Shown here in pieces: positions 26,699 through 39,541 of a stretch of DNA of 64,000 nt. The notes beneath the pieces are model-generated. The model ran no database searches. It worked only from the letters and a program-made list of their open reading frames with translations, and had not been told where the DNA came from. The first letter of the stretch is position 1; each line of letters begins with the position of its first letter. The stretch is taken from NCBI GenBank assembly GCA_951406725.2, contig OX597818.1:21886001-21950000 (forward strand), given 5' to 3'. This DNA comes from Octopus vulgaris. Its lineage: Eukaryota. The translations under genes and the position numbers were made by a program.

Positions 26699-27140
26699 AA
26701 GGCAGCGAGCTGGCAGAATCATTAGAGCACCAGACAAAATGCTTAGTAGCATTTCTCCCATTTTTTATTTATTTATTTATCTTTTATTGGTTTCGGCCTG
26801 TTGCTACATTCTGAGTTCAAATCCCACCAAGGTCAATTTTGCCTTTCATCCTTTCAGAGTCAATAAAATAATGTACCAATGAAGTAATGAGATTGATGTT
26901 ATCAACTTGCTACCTCCTCTTAAAATTTCTGGCCTTCTAAAGTTAGAAGAAATTATTATTCTATAGTATTTTGTTATGTCTCTTTATGTTCTGAGGTCAA
27001 ATCCCTCTGAGAACAACTTGGCTTTTCATTTCTTTGGGGTCAGTAAAATAAAGTACTAATCAAATACTCAGGCTGATTTGATTGATTTACCATCACCACC
27101 ACCACCTTAATTTCAAAACTTGTACCAATGTTAGAAACAT
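26699..27140 (+). mobile_element. Two tandem SINE family A copies
   Basis: AAGGCAGCGAGCTGGCAGAATCATTAG head and two successive CTGAG(T/G)TCAAATCCC..GCCTTTCAT cores. Opposite-strand eroded copies lie at ~27690-28120. Confidence 0.75.
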
Positions 27141-28183
27141 TTCTTTTTCCAATTTGATGGTATTTGTATAACATGGAAAGAGAAATTACTTCTTACATAT
27201 TTTCTTGTTTTCTTTGATACCCTATGCTCTTTACCATCACATCAATGAGAGAAAACATGTTCAATTAATACATTGTTAATCAATGTTCTCCGACATATAG
27301 ATTGTTATTTGTTCATTAAGATCGAATGAGAGAAGCAAGTAGACAGGTAAAGAGAAAATAACTAAATAGTTATTTTTTTTCTACTATTGAACTGTTTCTA
27401 ATGCTATTGTTTTCACTGTTCCAGCAAGGTTGACTCCCATTCAACTGAAATTGAAGCCAGATCATTTGCATGCACATAGCTGTATCTTTATAACCACACC
27501 TAACAATAAACAATGATTAGAGTTACTAGCTTTATATATGATGGCTACTCCTTTAGGTTGATGTACTGTAAACTTTCAATATTTGATCACCAATTTCAAA
27601 GTTGCAAAGCTGTTTTTGAACACTTTCAGTAAATGCTGAAAGAAAGTGTAACTGTGATGTTTTCTCTCAATTAGAGAGGAAAAAAGTTTCTAATTGAAAC
27701 ACAAGGCCAACAATTTCAAAATGATGGGTGAGTCAATACCATTGACTAATCCATCCACTTATCAACACTAGAATAATGAAAAGTGAAATTTATCTTAGAA
27801 GGATTTGAACACAGAATTTAATGAACTAGAACATATACCATTTAGTATTTTGTCCAACTTTTTAATGACTCTGCCATTACATCAATCAATCAATCAATCA
27901 ATCATTATTATTTCTAGCAATGATTTCTAACAGGTACAATGTTTCACTTTTCTTGGGGGGAGGGTTATGGGCAGTTATATCAATCTTAACTGGCACATTA
28001 TTTTATCAACCCTGGAAAGATAAGTAAAGTTGACCTGGGTATGTTTCGATCTCAGAATGCAGTTACGTGGCTAAGTACCACAAAGTATTTTCTTCATCAC
28101 ACTGTCAATTCTGCAAATGCAGTGCAATTTAGCCAAATAATTATAATCTTTAATTTGTTTATTCATTTTGTTATTTTATCATC

Positions 28184-28411
28184 TTAGCCCTTTAGCATCC
28201 AGATTATTCTGTCAAATGTAATAAATATTTGTTCGCATTCTTTTGAGTTCATCATACATTATCTCACAGCTTCGAGATTTTAATGATGTGATTGTTTATT
28301 TTAATAACGACATTGTCAGATAGGTGTGAGAGGCTAGATTTAACCACTAAGAACATAAAGAGGGTAGAATATTTGGGCCAGATATGGCCATTTTAAATGC
28401 TAAAGAGTTAA
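28184..28411. mobile_element. piggyBac-type MITE
   Basis: TTAG-CCCTTTAGCAT ... ATGCTAAAGAG-TTAA termini; second copy at 44392-44571. Confidence 0.7.
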
Positions 28412-31400
28412 ATGGTAGCAGCAGTTCTTGGTACTTTTAGAATCTTTCAAAGACATTGAAGAACTAAAGTTTATTTACAAGAGACAGGCACTTTTGGTGT
28501 CTGATATGAGTAACTACTTTCCTTGGTTAACCTTTTTATTTTTCACATAATGCTATGTATGTGTGTGTGTGTGCGTGCATGTGTGTGTGCATATATATAT
28601 CTTCAGTCTTGTCACTTGTGTTGTCACACCACATAAGACACTTTTCTTAAACATTTCCAGCTGTTTTCTGTACCTGCTCAACACTACTCCCTGCTTCTTC
28701 TTCCCATCTTTATTGTTTATTGTTTCGTCCATTTCTTTTTCTTATCGGGTGGGGCTCTGTTCCCTCTCAAACATTCTACATACTACCTACCAGGCAGCAA
28801 AAAATTTTGCCATCTATTTTTTCTCTTTTATTTGTGTCCTGCTTTCAGTCATTGGACTGCGGCTATGCTGGAGCACCTAGCTTTAAGAGTATATAGTGTC
28901 AAGATGTAAAAAGGACATAACCAAAGATCACTATGTACTTTGTCCTAACACTCTACCAACTGTCTCTCTCTTTCACACACTACCATTTGTTCCCAAATGA
29001 AATTAACTTTTCAAGAATTCATATTTTCTCTCAGACTCTCACTCCCCCTCCCACTCATTTTCACCTCTTTTTAAAATAGGAAACTTCTGTTTATAACAAT
29101 AATAACTCATTTCTCACACAGTACAAAATAAAGTAAAAAAATCCAACTAATATGGGCGAGAGAAGGTTTAGGGGTGGGATGCCTCAAAATGAAATGATAC
29201 TTGACATTTCTTTAAAATACACTACCCACTCATCACATAGACAGATGTTCTAATCTTCAGGTTATATATTGCAAAATATTGCCTCCTCCCATTTTCTGAG
29301 AGGGGACTTTCCAGTGCAAACTGTTTAGGTGTGACACTTATCAAATACACAAGCAAATATATAATGATGGAAACATTTTTGATACTCCAGCAAATATTGT
29401 GTGTGTGTGTGTGTGTGTGTGGTGTTTACATACAGAGATACACAATTTACATATACACACATAAAACAATTATCTAGAATATCTCTGGCTCAGCCAAGTG
29501 TAGTTGACTGGAAGGACCCTCTGGCAATTTAGGGTCTAACATATTATCTTCCATCCATAGTTTGGTTATCATGCTTATCCATTTAACTAACCCCTCCCCC
29601 TTTAAAAATGTGTAGAAACCATCTTCTCTTTCCATCTTGTCTCATTTTGGAGGTTGCTAAATGCTTTTTGTATCAGATAAGGGCCCTGCAAGGTATGATT
29701 TATCTATTCAACCAATACTCTAAAAAGGAGTTTCACACACCTTAAAGAGAAAGGATACAATTATTATTATCAGGTGGATGGCAAAGTTAGTAGGGCATTA
29801 GACAAACAAAAAAAATTCTCAACAGACTGTCATGTTATGCTTTTTGATTCCAAGTTCTATTGTTATCAATTTTATCTTTAATGCTTCTGGTGTTATTGTT
29901 GTTTACCCCCAAATTAATCCTGATTGAGCATTTCAGTTACAACCATCCTGTCTTTTCTCTAAGTACTGGGCAACCAGCTCCACAATATCCAATAGGTTGT
30001 TTTTTTAATTTAGAAAAAAAGTACTATGGTGTGATTTGAAGAATCTTTAGGTTGCTGCTATTTCTCACAGGTCAGTTGCCTTGTAGAGGATCTCTAATAC
30101 TAGTTAAGTACTGAGTTTGGGAGCTTCTGCTAATGCTAGAAAATATCTGTACTGGCGAATCTTGATCCCAAATGAGGATCTTTAGATTTATTAGGGTACT
30201 ATCCCTTGAAAAGAAACCCTTTTAGTTCTTTTCTATGCCTTTTCCAAAGCAACTGGTGCATGTACACCAAAAATAGTGTTTTCTCCTGCCAAAAATTTAA
30301 AGACAGCAAATAAGAAGCATTTCTATATAAGGAATTTAAATATATATAATTTCAATTCTGCTAGTAGATTAAAACTCCAAGAGAAAACTTACATGTTTAA
30401 CAATCAAAGGAATAGAATTTCACCTAACCCAGTTGCATTTCATATAGTTTTTGGTGTAGTAAGCAGTGAAAAGCAGATATTTATTTAACTCACTTATTCA
30501 GCATGCAAAGTTCAGTACAGTATAAGCCATCACTCAAGAGCAAGTGTGACTCCTATAACACATACTATGTTCTCACTAATTTAGGTACCTCTGTAGGTGT
30601 AAGCAGACATAGACACCTTCTCAGTCCCCTCACATTTGGCCCAGCAGCACATCCAGAATGTGAGAGTTGAAGGTGGAGGGAGGGGTAGATGGATGACTGA
30701 ATGGACAGATGGAGGGAGAAAGGGGGGAAGAGAGAGAGAGATACATCAACACCTAGTTAGTGCTCATTTACTGCTGAGTAGGCTAAAAATATTTGAAATA
30801 AGTGCTTTGCTTAAGGACAGAACATGCTGCCTGGTTCAAGAATCAAACCCATGGCATTGTGATTGTTAGCCAAACACCCAAACTACATGCAAATTTAAAT
30901 AAAGACAGATTATTCAAGTTAAAATTCTGCAATTCTGGGATTCATATCTTGACCTTTCTAATTTCAAAAAAAATTTCATAAAATGTATTTAGATATTTGG
31001 CATTTGAGCTGAAAGGGGTTTGATTGGTTTACTACAGTTACAAGAGAGAAAGTCACAGATGTTTGTGGAAGTTTGTATTTCATTAACTAAAATGATTATA
31101 ATTGCAACTTCCATATGTTTGCTCCATATGTTAATAACCAAGTGCAGGAATATCCTGTCTATGTAGGGGGTCTGTGTAAAATATTGAGAGGGATTGTGTA
31201 GGTGAGATCAGAAGATATGGATCAGACTATCTTTCATATTGTAGTAATAGGTCCAATAGGCTGTTGGTTGTATGCACAAATACCACTAAAGTCAACTTTG
31301 CCTTTCATCCTTCTGTGATCAGTGAAGTACTAGAGTCTATTTCATCCACTGTACCTTCCATCTAAATTTGTGGCGTTGCACCTAAGTTAAAAATTGTTGT

Positions 31401-31699
31401 TACAGAAACTTGTCTCCTGTAGTGTAAGCTGCTGGTAGTGACATTTTTGTCTGCTTTTAGCTCTGTCAACTGCAGTGACCCTGAGAACTTACTCTTGAGT
31501 TAAGTTGATAGGATGCACTATGTGAAAGTGTTCATCCAACCACGTAGAAACTTCAAAACCAATTCACTTCATTTTTGCTACTCTTGTTTTATAATTTAGT
31601 CAAAGGAGAGGGGAGTAATGTCCATTTCTTGTGAAGGCTTTCCCATACCACTGAGGTTGATACAGCTTCTGTTTGGCTTAAATTCCTGCATGATGTGAT

Positions 31700-32100
31700 A
31701 TATATATAGGGAGGGGAATCATGAGCAGAGTAGGGAGTTTTATGAGATCAAAGCTCCAGGAATAACATTTGAGTGAAGGGTTTGGTGTAAGCTTTTGAGA
31801 ATGGGATAAAAGGAGGAAAAGTAAGTGCATGACATAGTATGCAGCTTGCTTGTTCATATGAACAGAAACTGTAGTAGTAGTAGTAGTAGTAGTAGTAGCA
31901 GTAGCAGTAGTTATAGCACAGCAATAGATTCATGTTTGTAGCAAGTTGTTGAATGGCTTATAATTGGGATGCAATCTAAGATGTGTTGCATCATTGATAT
32001 CAAGTTATGTGAGGAGTACTTAACAATAGTGTCAGCCAGTGTTCAGAGCTGAAATAGTTTCTGATCTTGAAGAGAGAACCTAATCTTTGAGAGACACTTT
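31700..32100 (-). mobile_element. Degraded CR1/L2 LINE 3' fragment, interrupted by (TAG)n
   Basis: Minus strand reads SVSQRLGSLFKIRNYFSSEHWLTLL..ILDCI, resembling the CR1 C-terminal segment ASQRLG.L.R.RKYFS.EQLLTLY..ILDRIQ. Confidence 0.55.
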
Positions 32101-32651
32101 TGGTTAGGTTACAAATATATGTCTGCCAACAAACATATGGACATCATACTAATTCTATTTTTCTCCACTATAATTTATGATCTTATGACTGGGTAAAGAA
32201 TCAATATTTACACTCCACTTCTCAAAAGACTAATTAGTTGTTATCAGCTGTCAAAAAGCTAACAGTTATAGATTCCTCTTTTTTTACTTTATAGAATTTC
32301 TAACATTGTAATGAGCTGCATTGAATGATGACATTTAGTTTTCTTTTTATGACAAACTGTTAAAACATTGGTGCTTCTGGAGTACCATAAAACACCATTT
32401 CTAAATATTGTTTTTATTTTTATATTGCATTTTAGTTATGAATAGCTTCCAGTAGGGCAGTCACTGGTTCATTGCATCTCTGATTGTGGAGAGTGATGAG
32501 GGAACAACTGTAAATTTGGTGGACATTCAAGAGCACTAGTTTTACAGCCTTTGCCAGTATAAAACAAAAGACACACACATGTGTGCACACAATGGGCTGC
32601 AACACAATGTTTGTCTACCAAACTATACTAACAAAATGTTAGTGAACCCTG

Positions 32652-32872
32652 GCATGACTTCTGTGTCTGGATGTTAACCACTTTACAGAATATGTGAGAT
32701 TTTCCCATTCAAAACTGAAAAGTCCCGTCTTCTCTGTATGTTCTTACATAGAGTTATTTCTCTGCTAAATGGTGTGGCTTGTGCAGTCTATCTTGCTCAT
32801 ACATTCTGTTTTTAATAGCATGACTTCTGTGTCTGGATGTTAACCACTTTACAGAATATGTTGTGAGATTTT
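32652..32872 (+). repeat. ~50-bp direct repeat (32652-32703 and 32818-32872)
   Basis: GCATGACTTCTGTGTCTGGATGTTAACCACTTTACAGAATATG is identical at both positions. Confidence 0.9.
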
Positions 32873-34103
32873 ATCATGATACTGTCACTATAGAAGTTGT
32901 TCTCTGCAGGAGACCCTTCTGTTCTGTATCAGTTCTTATTAAGTTACTACTCTCTTAGATTTGTCACCTACACTATATACTATGGCTTCTCATCTTGCTG
33001 TGCTACCTGTTCCTGTTCTTCTTCTGACCAGACCTCTCTCCAAAGTCCTTTATCTCCATCTCCCCAAAGTCTTTTGTCTCTATCTTTGTCAGTATCCCTT
33101 CATCTCAGAAAGAAAGTAGCTAACTATGCTGTGTATGTCTTATGGTACCTTTTATTGCATGAATGATAATACAAGAGGGTCTTAAGGTTTTTTGCAAACA
33201 CACACCATAGCTAAGGAATTATTTAATGTATATATTTTTGACTCCATTACTGTTTTACTGTTTGAGGTGAATCTCAAGATGTATTTGGTGAAAATTTTGT
33301 TGGTAGGTAAAACTATGTGCGTAACTTGAGTCGCACTGAAAATTTATCTTAAAGGGAGCAGGGGACAATCTTTAGTTGGTCAAGACTGGTGGGTAGAGGT
33401 TGTGTGATTTTGTGTAAACAGATCTGTAACTTGAATCCTGATGAACTTGGTTGATCTCTCTCTCCCCTCCCATCCCCCCTCTCTCTCACACACAAGTGTG
33501 GGGTGGAGGAAGGAAATCTGTTTGCTTTTTTTCTCATTGATATTGATGTATTTTCCATATGACCTTTCTTCTGTCATTCAGCCTTTCTTGCTCTCTCTCT
33601 CTCTCTCCCATGTGCACATACACATACAAACACAGGCATTTAGATAGAAACACACACACACGAGCACTAAATACATGCATATACACACATATATACACTC
33701 AAACATACACATTTTTTATCCATAGGTGTATATATATGTGTGTGTGTATGTATGTATGTATGTATGTATGTATGTATATATGTATATATATATATATATA
33801 ATTAATCTAAATATATTGCCGTAATTATATATTCCACACAGGACCTGCTTACTCTCACACCAATAGTCATATATACATCTAATTATCTTCCTCTTTCTTA
33901 TCTTTCATTAAGAAATTGCATGCAGTACCCTACTCCATACACAATGTTTGGGGGAAAATGGGTCTTTGTACTTCATTACTATTAACCAGCTAGGTTTTTG
34001 AACCTGACTAGGCAATAGAGGAGCTATTTAAATATTGGAATAAATCATTTTTACTCTTTTTTTTTTCTTTTTTATTTTTGTATATATTATTACTATTATA
34101 TAG

Positions 34104-34169
34104 CATGAAGAAAAGGAGAATAGTTATGGTGGTTTCCCTGATCTTTACAGCACCACCTCTACTGATAAG
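34104..34169 (+). CDS. Weak candidate internal exon (HEEKENSYGGFPDLYSTTSTDK)
   Basis: T-rich tract followed by TAG at 34101-34103, an open protein-like frame, and a weak donor AAG|GTCACG. Confidence 0.2.
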
Positions 34170-34313
34170 GTCACGCGTAATTGGAGCTCTAGCCAAAACC
34201 AGCTCTGTTGTGGTCCATATTCTTTTTTTGTCTCAACTTCCTAACTCCCATTCATTTTTTAGTAAATACCCCTATCCAAAAATGTTAGATGTTTCTTCTT
34301 ATGGCACATCAAC

Positions 34314-34358
<45 letters not shown>

Positions 34359-35632
34359 GTGTTTTTTTATTATTATTATTATACTTCACTCAGTAGAAAT
34401 ACTTCTCAGTCTTCAAAGTACTTGCAACAGCTATAGCACTGGTTTCATGGCTTAAACTGATAGAAATTAGATCTTCCTTTAGGCTGGGTCCTATGTCTAT
34501 CAACAATGATATTTCTAGAGAATTTTTCTGGTACCTGTTTCTACTGTAATACCAAGTGGACAGATCAGTGTAGAATTAACTGTTTTTCCTAAAAACTCAA
34601 AGAAATGCTTGAAATGGATTTGAGGGTGTACCTTAAGATTCATTAGTGAAAGTAGGTATGTCATTCTATATACTATTATTGCTACATGAAGTTGAAGTGA
34701 TAAGAAAGCAACACCTGTCTAGTCTGGAGCACGTTACATCACTTGAGTTTCATTTGTTGTCAGTTGTACTAGATATCATTGACATACTTAGATATTTCAA
34801 CAATATCTCATTTGGAACTTCAGATGTCCGAGTTTGGACATGTTAGGCCTGGAGAATTTATAAATTGTTTGGTGGAAGTCAACTTGTGTCCAGATATAAC
34901 CACTTCTTAGACTCTAATGTTTATAACTAAAATGCTTTTGGTCATAGGGCTGCTGGATCAAATCTGGCTTGGAGCTTAAACATCTTCAATCATATTTTAA
35001 TTTAGGTCTGTTGTAAACCAAACAGCTGCTGGTCTATGGTAGGTGCAAGGTTCAGTTCCCAAGGATGAATTTGTCCATTATTTTTTTCTATGCAAGAGAT
35101 TTTTTACTTCATTAGCTACATTTATAGCAATATTTACATTTGAGCTTATTTGCAAATTTCACATTGCTTCAAAATATGATTAAAAAGCACAGGAACCTCT
35201 TCAATATTCAGAGTTAAAAGCATAAAGAAAAGTGGAAAATTGGTAAAACAATATTTTAATGAGCTGGATTTGAATGTGTTCATACAAGAACAATCTTTTG
35301 TGAGCCAGATGGAGATAGTGTGTAAATGTGGATTATTGAAAATGAGTGAGAATGTAAAATTTTAAAAATGTAATGTACTTAGTTAGCATTATCATGGAAA
35401 AACAAAACAGGTGGTATTTTTCAAGGATCTGTTGGCATTTCATTAGGGATTGAATCATATGAGAATGCTCATAAAAACTGATTGTTTCATGTGCTATCTT
35501 ATAAATAATTGTTTTCATTTATCATAATTATGAAAATATCATCTTTATCAATGTCATTTATCAATCTAAATATTTCTCATATTATTGTTGTATTTGAGTA
35601 GTTATTTCCATTGAGGAAACATGTATCACAAC

Positions 35633-35840
35633 TGGGGTCTGTGAAGCTGGAAGGCTTCATCAGGCGGCCCAGTCAGATCTGGCAGTGTTTCTACGGCTGG
35701 ATGCCCTTCCTAACGCCAACCACTCCGCGAGTGTAGTGGGTGTTTTTTACGTGCCACCTGCACAGGTGCCAGACAGAGCTGACGAACGGATGGTGCTTTT
35801 ACATGTCACCGGCACGGGGCCAGGCGATGCTGGCAACGGA
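35633..35840 (-). mobile_element. RTE 3'-tail-related element fragment
   Basis: CpG-rich match to 37786-38218 (TTTCTACGGCTGGATGCCCTTCCTAACGCCAACCACTCCG). Confidence 0.85.
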
Positions 35841-35879
35841 CCGTTAAAATCTTATTGTGTCTATATCATCATATTGACT

Positions 35880-36150
35880 AGACTATTGGATATTGTTATA
35901 CACTGCTGGTCACAATGCACTTCCTCATATTGCTGTAGCTTTTGAATGCTGCCATCACCTCTGGCTACGTGGAAAGGCCTACATTCCCTGTGAATGGAAT
36001 GCTAGTCCAACACTGGATTACCATTTACAGCTGAGTGGACTGGAGTAATGTGAAAGGAAATGTTTTGCTCAAGAATACAATGCATCACTGGTTTGAGAAC
36101 CAAAACCATGATTTTGTGATTGTGAATGCATCACTCTAAACACTAGGTCT
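35880..36150 (-). mobile_element. Eroded tRNA-SINE with CORE/Meta-like central domain
   Basis: Minus strand TGTATTCTTGAGCAAAACATTTC..CAGTCCACTCAGCTGTAAATGG..TGGACTAGCATTCCATTCACAGGG. Related remnants at ~18020-18250, 20040-20225 and 30760-30890. Confidence 0.55.
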
Positions 36151-37199
36151 GGTATCTTCAAGTGTGTGTGTGTGTGTGTGTGTAATGTATGTATGCTTTT
36201 GAGTCTGTGTTTGTTGCCTGCCACTACTTGACAACTGGTTTTTATGTGTTTGTGTTCCTGTAACTTTGTAGTTCATCAAAAGAGACCAACAGAATAGGTA
36301 CCAAGCTTAGAATAATATAGGTACTGGGGTTGTTTCATCCAACTAAAATTCTACAAGGTAGTGTCCCAGCACAGCTGCAGGCCCATGACTGAAATGAGTA
36401 AAAGACAAAAGATGTGTGTGCATCTATGTACTTATGTGCATACACAATAATTGAAAGTATACAGTGAGGTCCATAATGAACAACCACAGGCTGGTATTTG
36501 TGTAGTATGTATATATGTGTGTGTCTATGTGTGTGTGTGTGTGCGCACACGTGTGCATTTCAAGACTGACTTTATTCTCTTGATTGTAAAGTGCTAACTT
36601 CATTCCTTTCCTGTCTTATTAAGGGACTGGCTTGTTAGCTGGTTTATGGGGTTGAATGTCATCTAGATAAACAAAATGTTCCATCACTTGAAAAAGCCCA
36701 TCCTTCAAGTCTTGTAAACAGTTATTCTTCATTGATAAACTATGAAACATTTATCTCAAACTCTTCATGACAGCAGACCTCTCTGTGAACTTTTAACTCT
36801 TGCCACTACAACCAATGGCATGTTGAATGTGTTGGGTCTTCAAGTTACATACATACCACTCTCTCAGCAAATAGAATTCTTCTTGATATCAGACCTGAGA
36901 TCCTGTTTCAACCCTGTTTTCTTCCAGCCTCCTCCTCCTCCAACTACTACTATTACTACTACCACTACTTGTTTAGTCCTGAGTCAGTTCTATTTGCACA
37001 GGCTTATGACTAAGTTATTCCAGTTGGAAACGTCCCATCTTCTATTAAGGTGCAATGTATCTAGGACCACATTGTCCAGTGTGTCCTTCTGTTTTGTAAA
37101 ACTGTTGGGGGAGGGGCTTGATCTGAGAGATATTTGGCTGCCATTTCTAACATTTTGAATAACTACACAGAGAGTCTCTTGTTACTGCAGTAACTATTT

Positions 37200-37398
37200 A
37201 ATGGTTTTCAGGTGATTCCTGTACACTGATCTTTTACTTACTTCCCAGAAAAAAAATGTCTGGCGGTGTTAAATCGGGTGATCTTGGTAGCCAAAGTCCC
37301 TTCAAAATAATCTGTTTACTGAAAAACTCTTGAAGTAGCACCATGGTGATGCACAAGATGAAAAACATCCCCTGCAGAGGGACTTTTTGAACACCCTG
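37200..37398 (-). mobile_element. Internally deleted Tc1/mariner-superfamily transposon
   Basis: Terminus TA|CAGGGTGTTCAAAAAGTC at 37381-37400 (minus). Peptide LQEFFSKQIILKGLWLPRSPDLTPPDIFF corresponds to the transposase WPPRSPDLTP.D motif. Confidence 0.8.
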
Positions 37399-37785
37399 TA
37401 TTACTTGTTTATTTTCCTACCTACTTGTTTGTGAATGCCCCTCTCTGAATTTTGCAGTATATAAACACTGCAATATTTCTGACTTTAGAATTGAAATCAG
37501 GTTTTAGGATCATCTCAGTAGGTTTTGACATTGACTTCAGTGTTAACTTATCAAAACAATTTGAAGGTTTTTGCCTTCTAAATTAGCCTTATTTTTTCTA
37601 GAATCAATTAAATTTAAAGTATGAAAACCATACTTCAAATGGTTGTTTGGTCCTTGAAAGTTATGAAAAACTATTGGTGCTTCTAGTGTCAATTGACATT
37701 TTGAAAAGATTTAAGTATAAATGTGTATATATGCAAGTATGTTTGTATGTCTAACCCATGCCAGCTTGGAAATCAGACACTAAAT

Positions 37786-38218
37786 CATCATCATCATCAT
37801 CGTTTAACGTCCGTTCTCCTTGCTAGCATGGGTTGGACGGTTCGACCGGGGATCTGGGAAGCCAGAAGGCTGCACCAGGCTCCAGTCTGATCTGGCAGTG
37901 TTTCTACAGCTGGATGCCCTTCCTAACGCCAACCACTCCGTGAGTGTAGTGGGTGCTTTTTACGTGCCACCTGCACAGGTGCCAGGCGAGGCTGGCAGCG
38001 GCCACGATCGGATTGGTGCATTTTACGTGCCACCAGCATGGAAGCCAGTCAAGGCAGCGCTGGCATCGGCCACGATTCAGATGGTGCTTTTTACATGCCA
38101 CCAGCACAGAAGCCAGTCAAGGCAGCACTGGCATCGGCCAAGATTCGGATAGTGCTTTCTACGTGCCACCGGCACGGAAGCCAGCCTAGGCAGCACTGGC
38201 ATCTGCCACGTTCAGATG
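37786..38218 (-). mobile_element. Young RTE-tail element with four 63-68-bp tandem units
   Basis: Shares the 3' end of the RTE at 23216 (..GGAAGGGCATCCAGCTGTAGAAAC..GGACGTTAAACGATGATG). Units start at 37953, 38016, 38084 and 38152; CpGs are retained. Confidence 0.88.
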
Positions 38219-38495
38219 ATGACAAACAGAGTAGAACAGTGTGGCCAAATACTTAAGTTTGCTTCATAATCAAAGTCTCAGGTTTGATCCCACTGTGTGT
38301 CGTTTTGGGCAAATGTCACTTTCTATAGCCTTGATTAACATTTATCTTGTGAGCAAAAATGTACTAGTAATTCAAAATCTACAGCTTTGTCACAGTTTCA
38401 CATGGATTTTGACAGAGATTTCTGTTAAATGATACACATGTTAGTGGAATGCTCAGCTATTTACAAGTTAATTCAGGAGTAAGTAACTCAACTGA

Positions 38496-38705
38496 GTGAG
38501 GGCGCATGGCTTAGTGGTTAGGGCATTCGGCTCATGATCGTAAGGTTGTGAGTTCGATTCCCGGCGACGTGTTGTGTCCTTGAGCAAGACACTTTATTTC
38601 ACGTTGCTCCAATGCTCAGCCATTTGCACGTTAATTTCACGAGCAAGCTGTTCCGTTGATCGTATCAGCTGGGACCCTCGTCGTCGTAACCGGCGGAGTC
38701 TTTTA
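38496..38705 (+). mobile_element. Young SINE family C with 11-bp TSD and internal deletion
   Basis: A box TGGCTTAGTGG, B box GAGTTCGATTCC, core GTGTCCTTGAGCAAGACACTT. TSD AACTCAACTGA at 38485-38495 and 38706-38716. Confidence 0.92.
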
Positions 38706-39396
38706 AACTCAACTGAACAACCGAATCCACATTCTTGAAGAACAATAATCCACTGGATTAAGTAACTCAATTAAACAACTGAATCCAACTTCTTGAAGAA
38801 CAATGATCCACTACCATATATGTATACACACATACAAACTCACACATGACCCTTTATGAGCAATGGTTTTTTATTTCTGCTGCTGCTAAGTCGTAACTCT
38901 AGCATCAGAAATACAGACATAGTGATTGGAATATTTTTCATTTTTTTCTTTCTTTTTTTTTTGCTTTCTTTTCCCTTTGATAATTAATTCTTATTATATC
39001 AATATTCTTTGGTTATGTATTTTCTGACAGTTATTTTGCAAATTTAGCTCTCTGATGAAGTGGCCACTCTTATTGCTGCAGAAACAGTTTTAATGACAAA
39101 ATTTTGTAATGAATTTTATTACAATCTGTCTATGGTAGACAATGCACTATGTCACTTTCTCTTTATGTAGGATCATTTTAAGACACTTCAGTATTCTCTC
39201 TCTCTCTCTCTCTCACTTGCTCACTTTTTCTTTCTCTCTCTTTCTCACACTTAAATCGCTGGCGCCAGTTGTCCCTTTCTTATTGGAAGCGCCATTATTA
39301 TTTTTGCCTTTAGATTCTTCTTTAGTTTGAGCTGTAGCTCTTATGTTATTGTTTGTATTTCCTACTGTCTATCATTATTATTATTATTATTATTAT

Positions 39397-39541
39397 TAAG
39401 ACAGCAAGCTGGTAGAATCATCAGCACGCTGGATGAAATTCATCCTTTTAGGGTCAATTAAATAAGTTACACACTGGGGTCGATATAATCGACTTAATCC
39501 CTTCCCCAAAATTTGAGGCCTTGTACTTCCAGTAGAAAGAA
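39397..39541 (+). mobile_element. SINE family A, internally deleted
   Basis: Head joined directly to TTCATCCTTTTAGGGTCAAT and the tail; inserted after (ATT)n. Confidence 0.8.

Noticed and set aside
38500-38570. tRNA genes (here and at 59760-59890, 40775-40850)
   Set aside because: A/B boxes are present but there is no complete cloverleaf or acceptor stem; they continue into SINE bodies.
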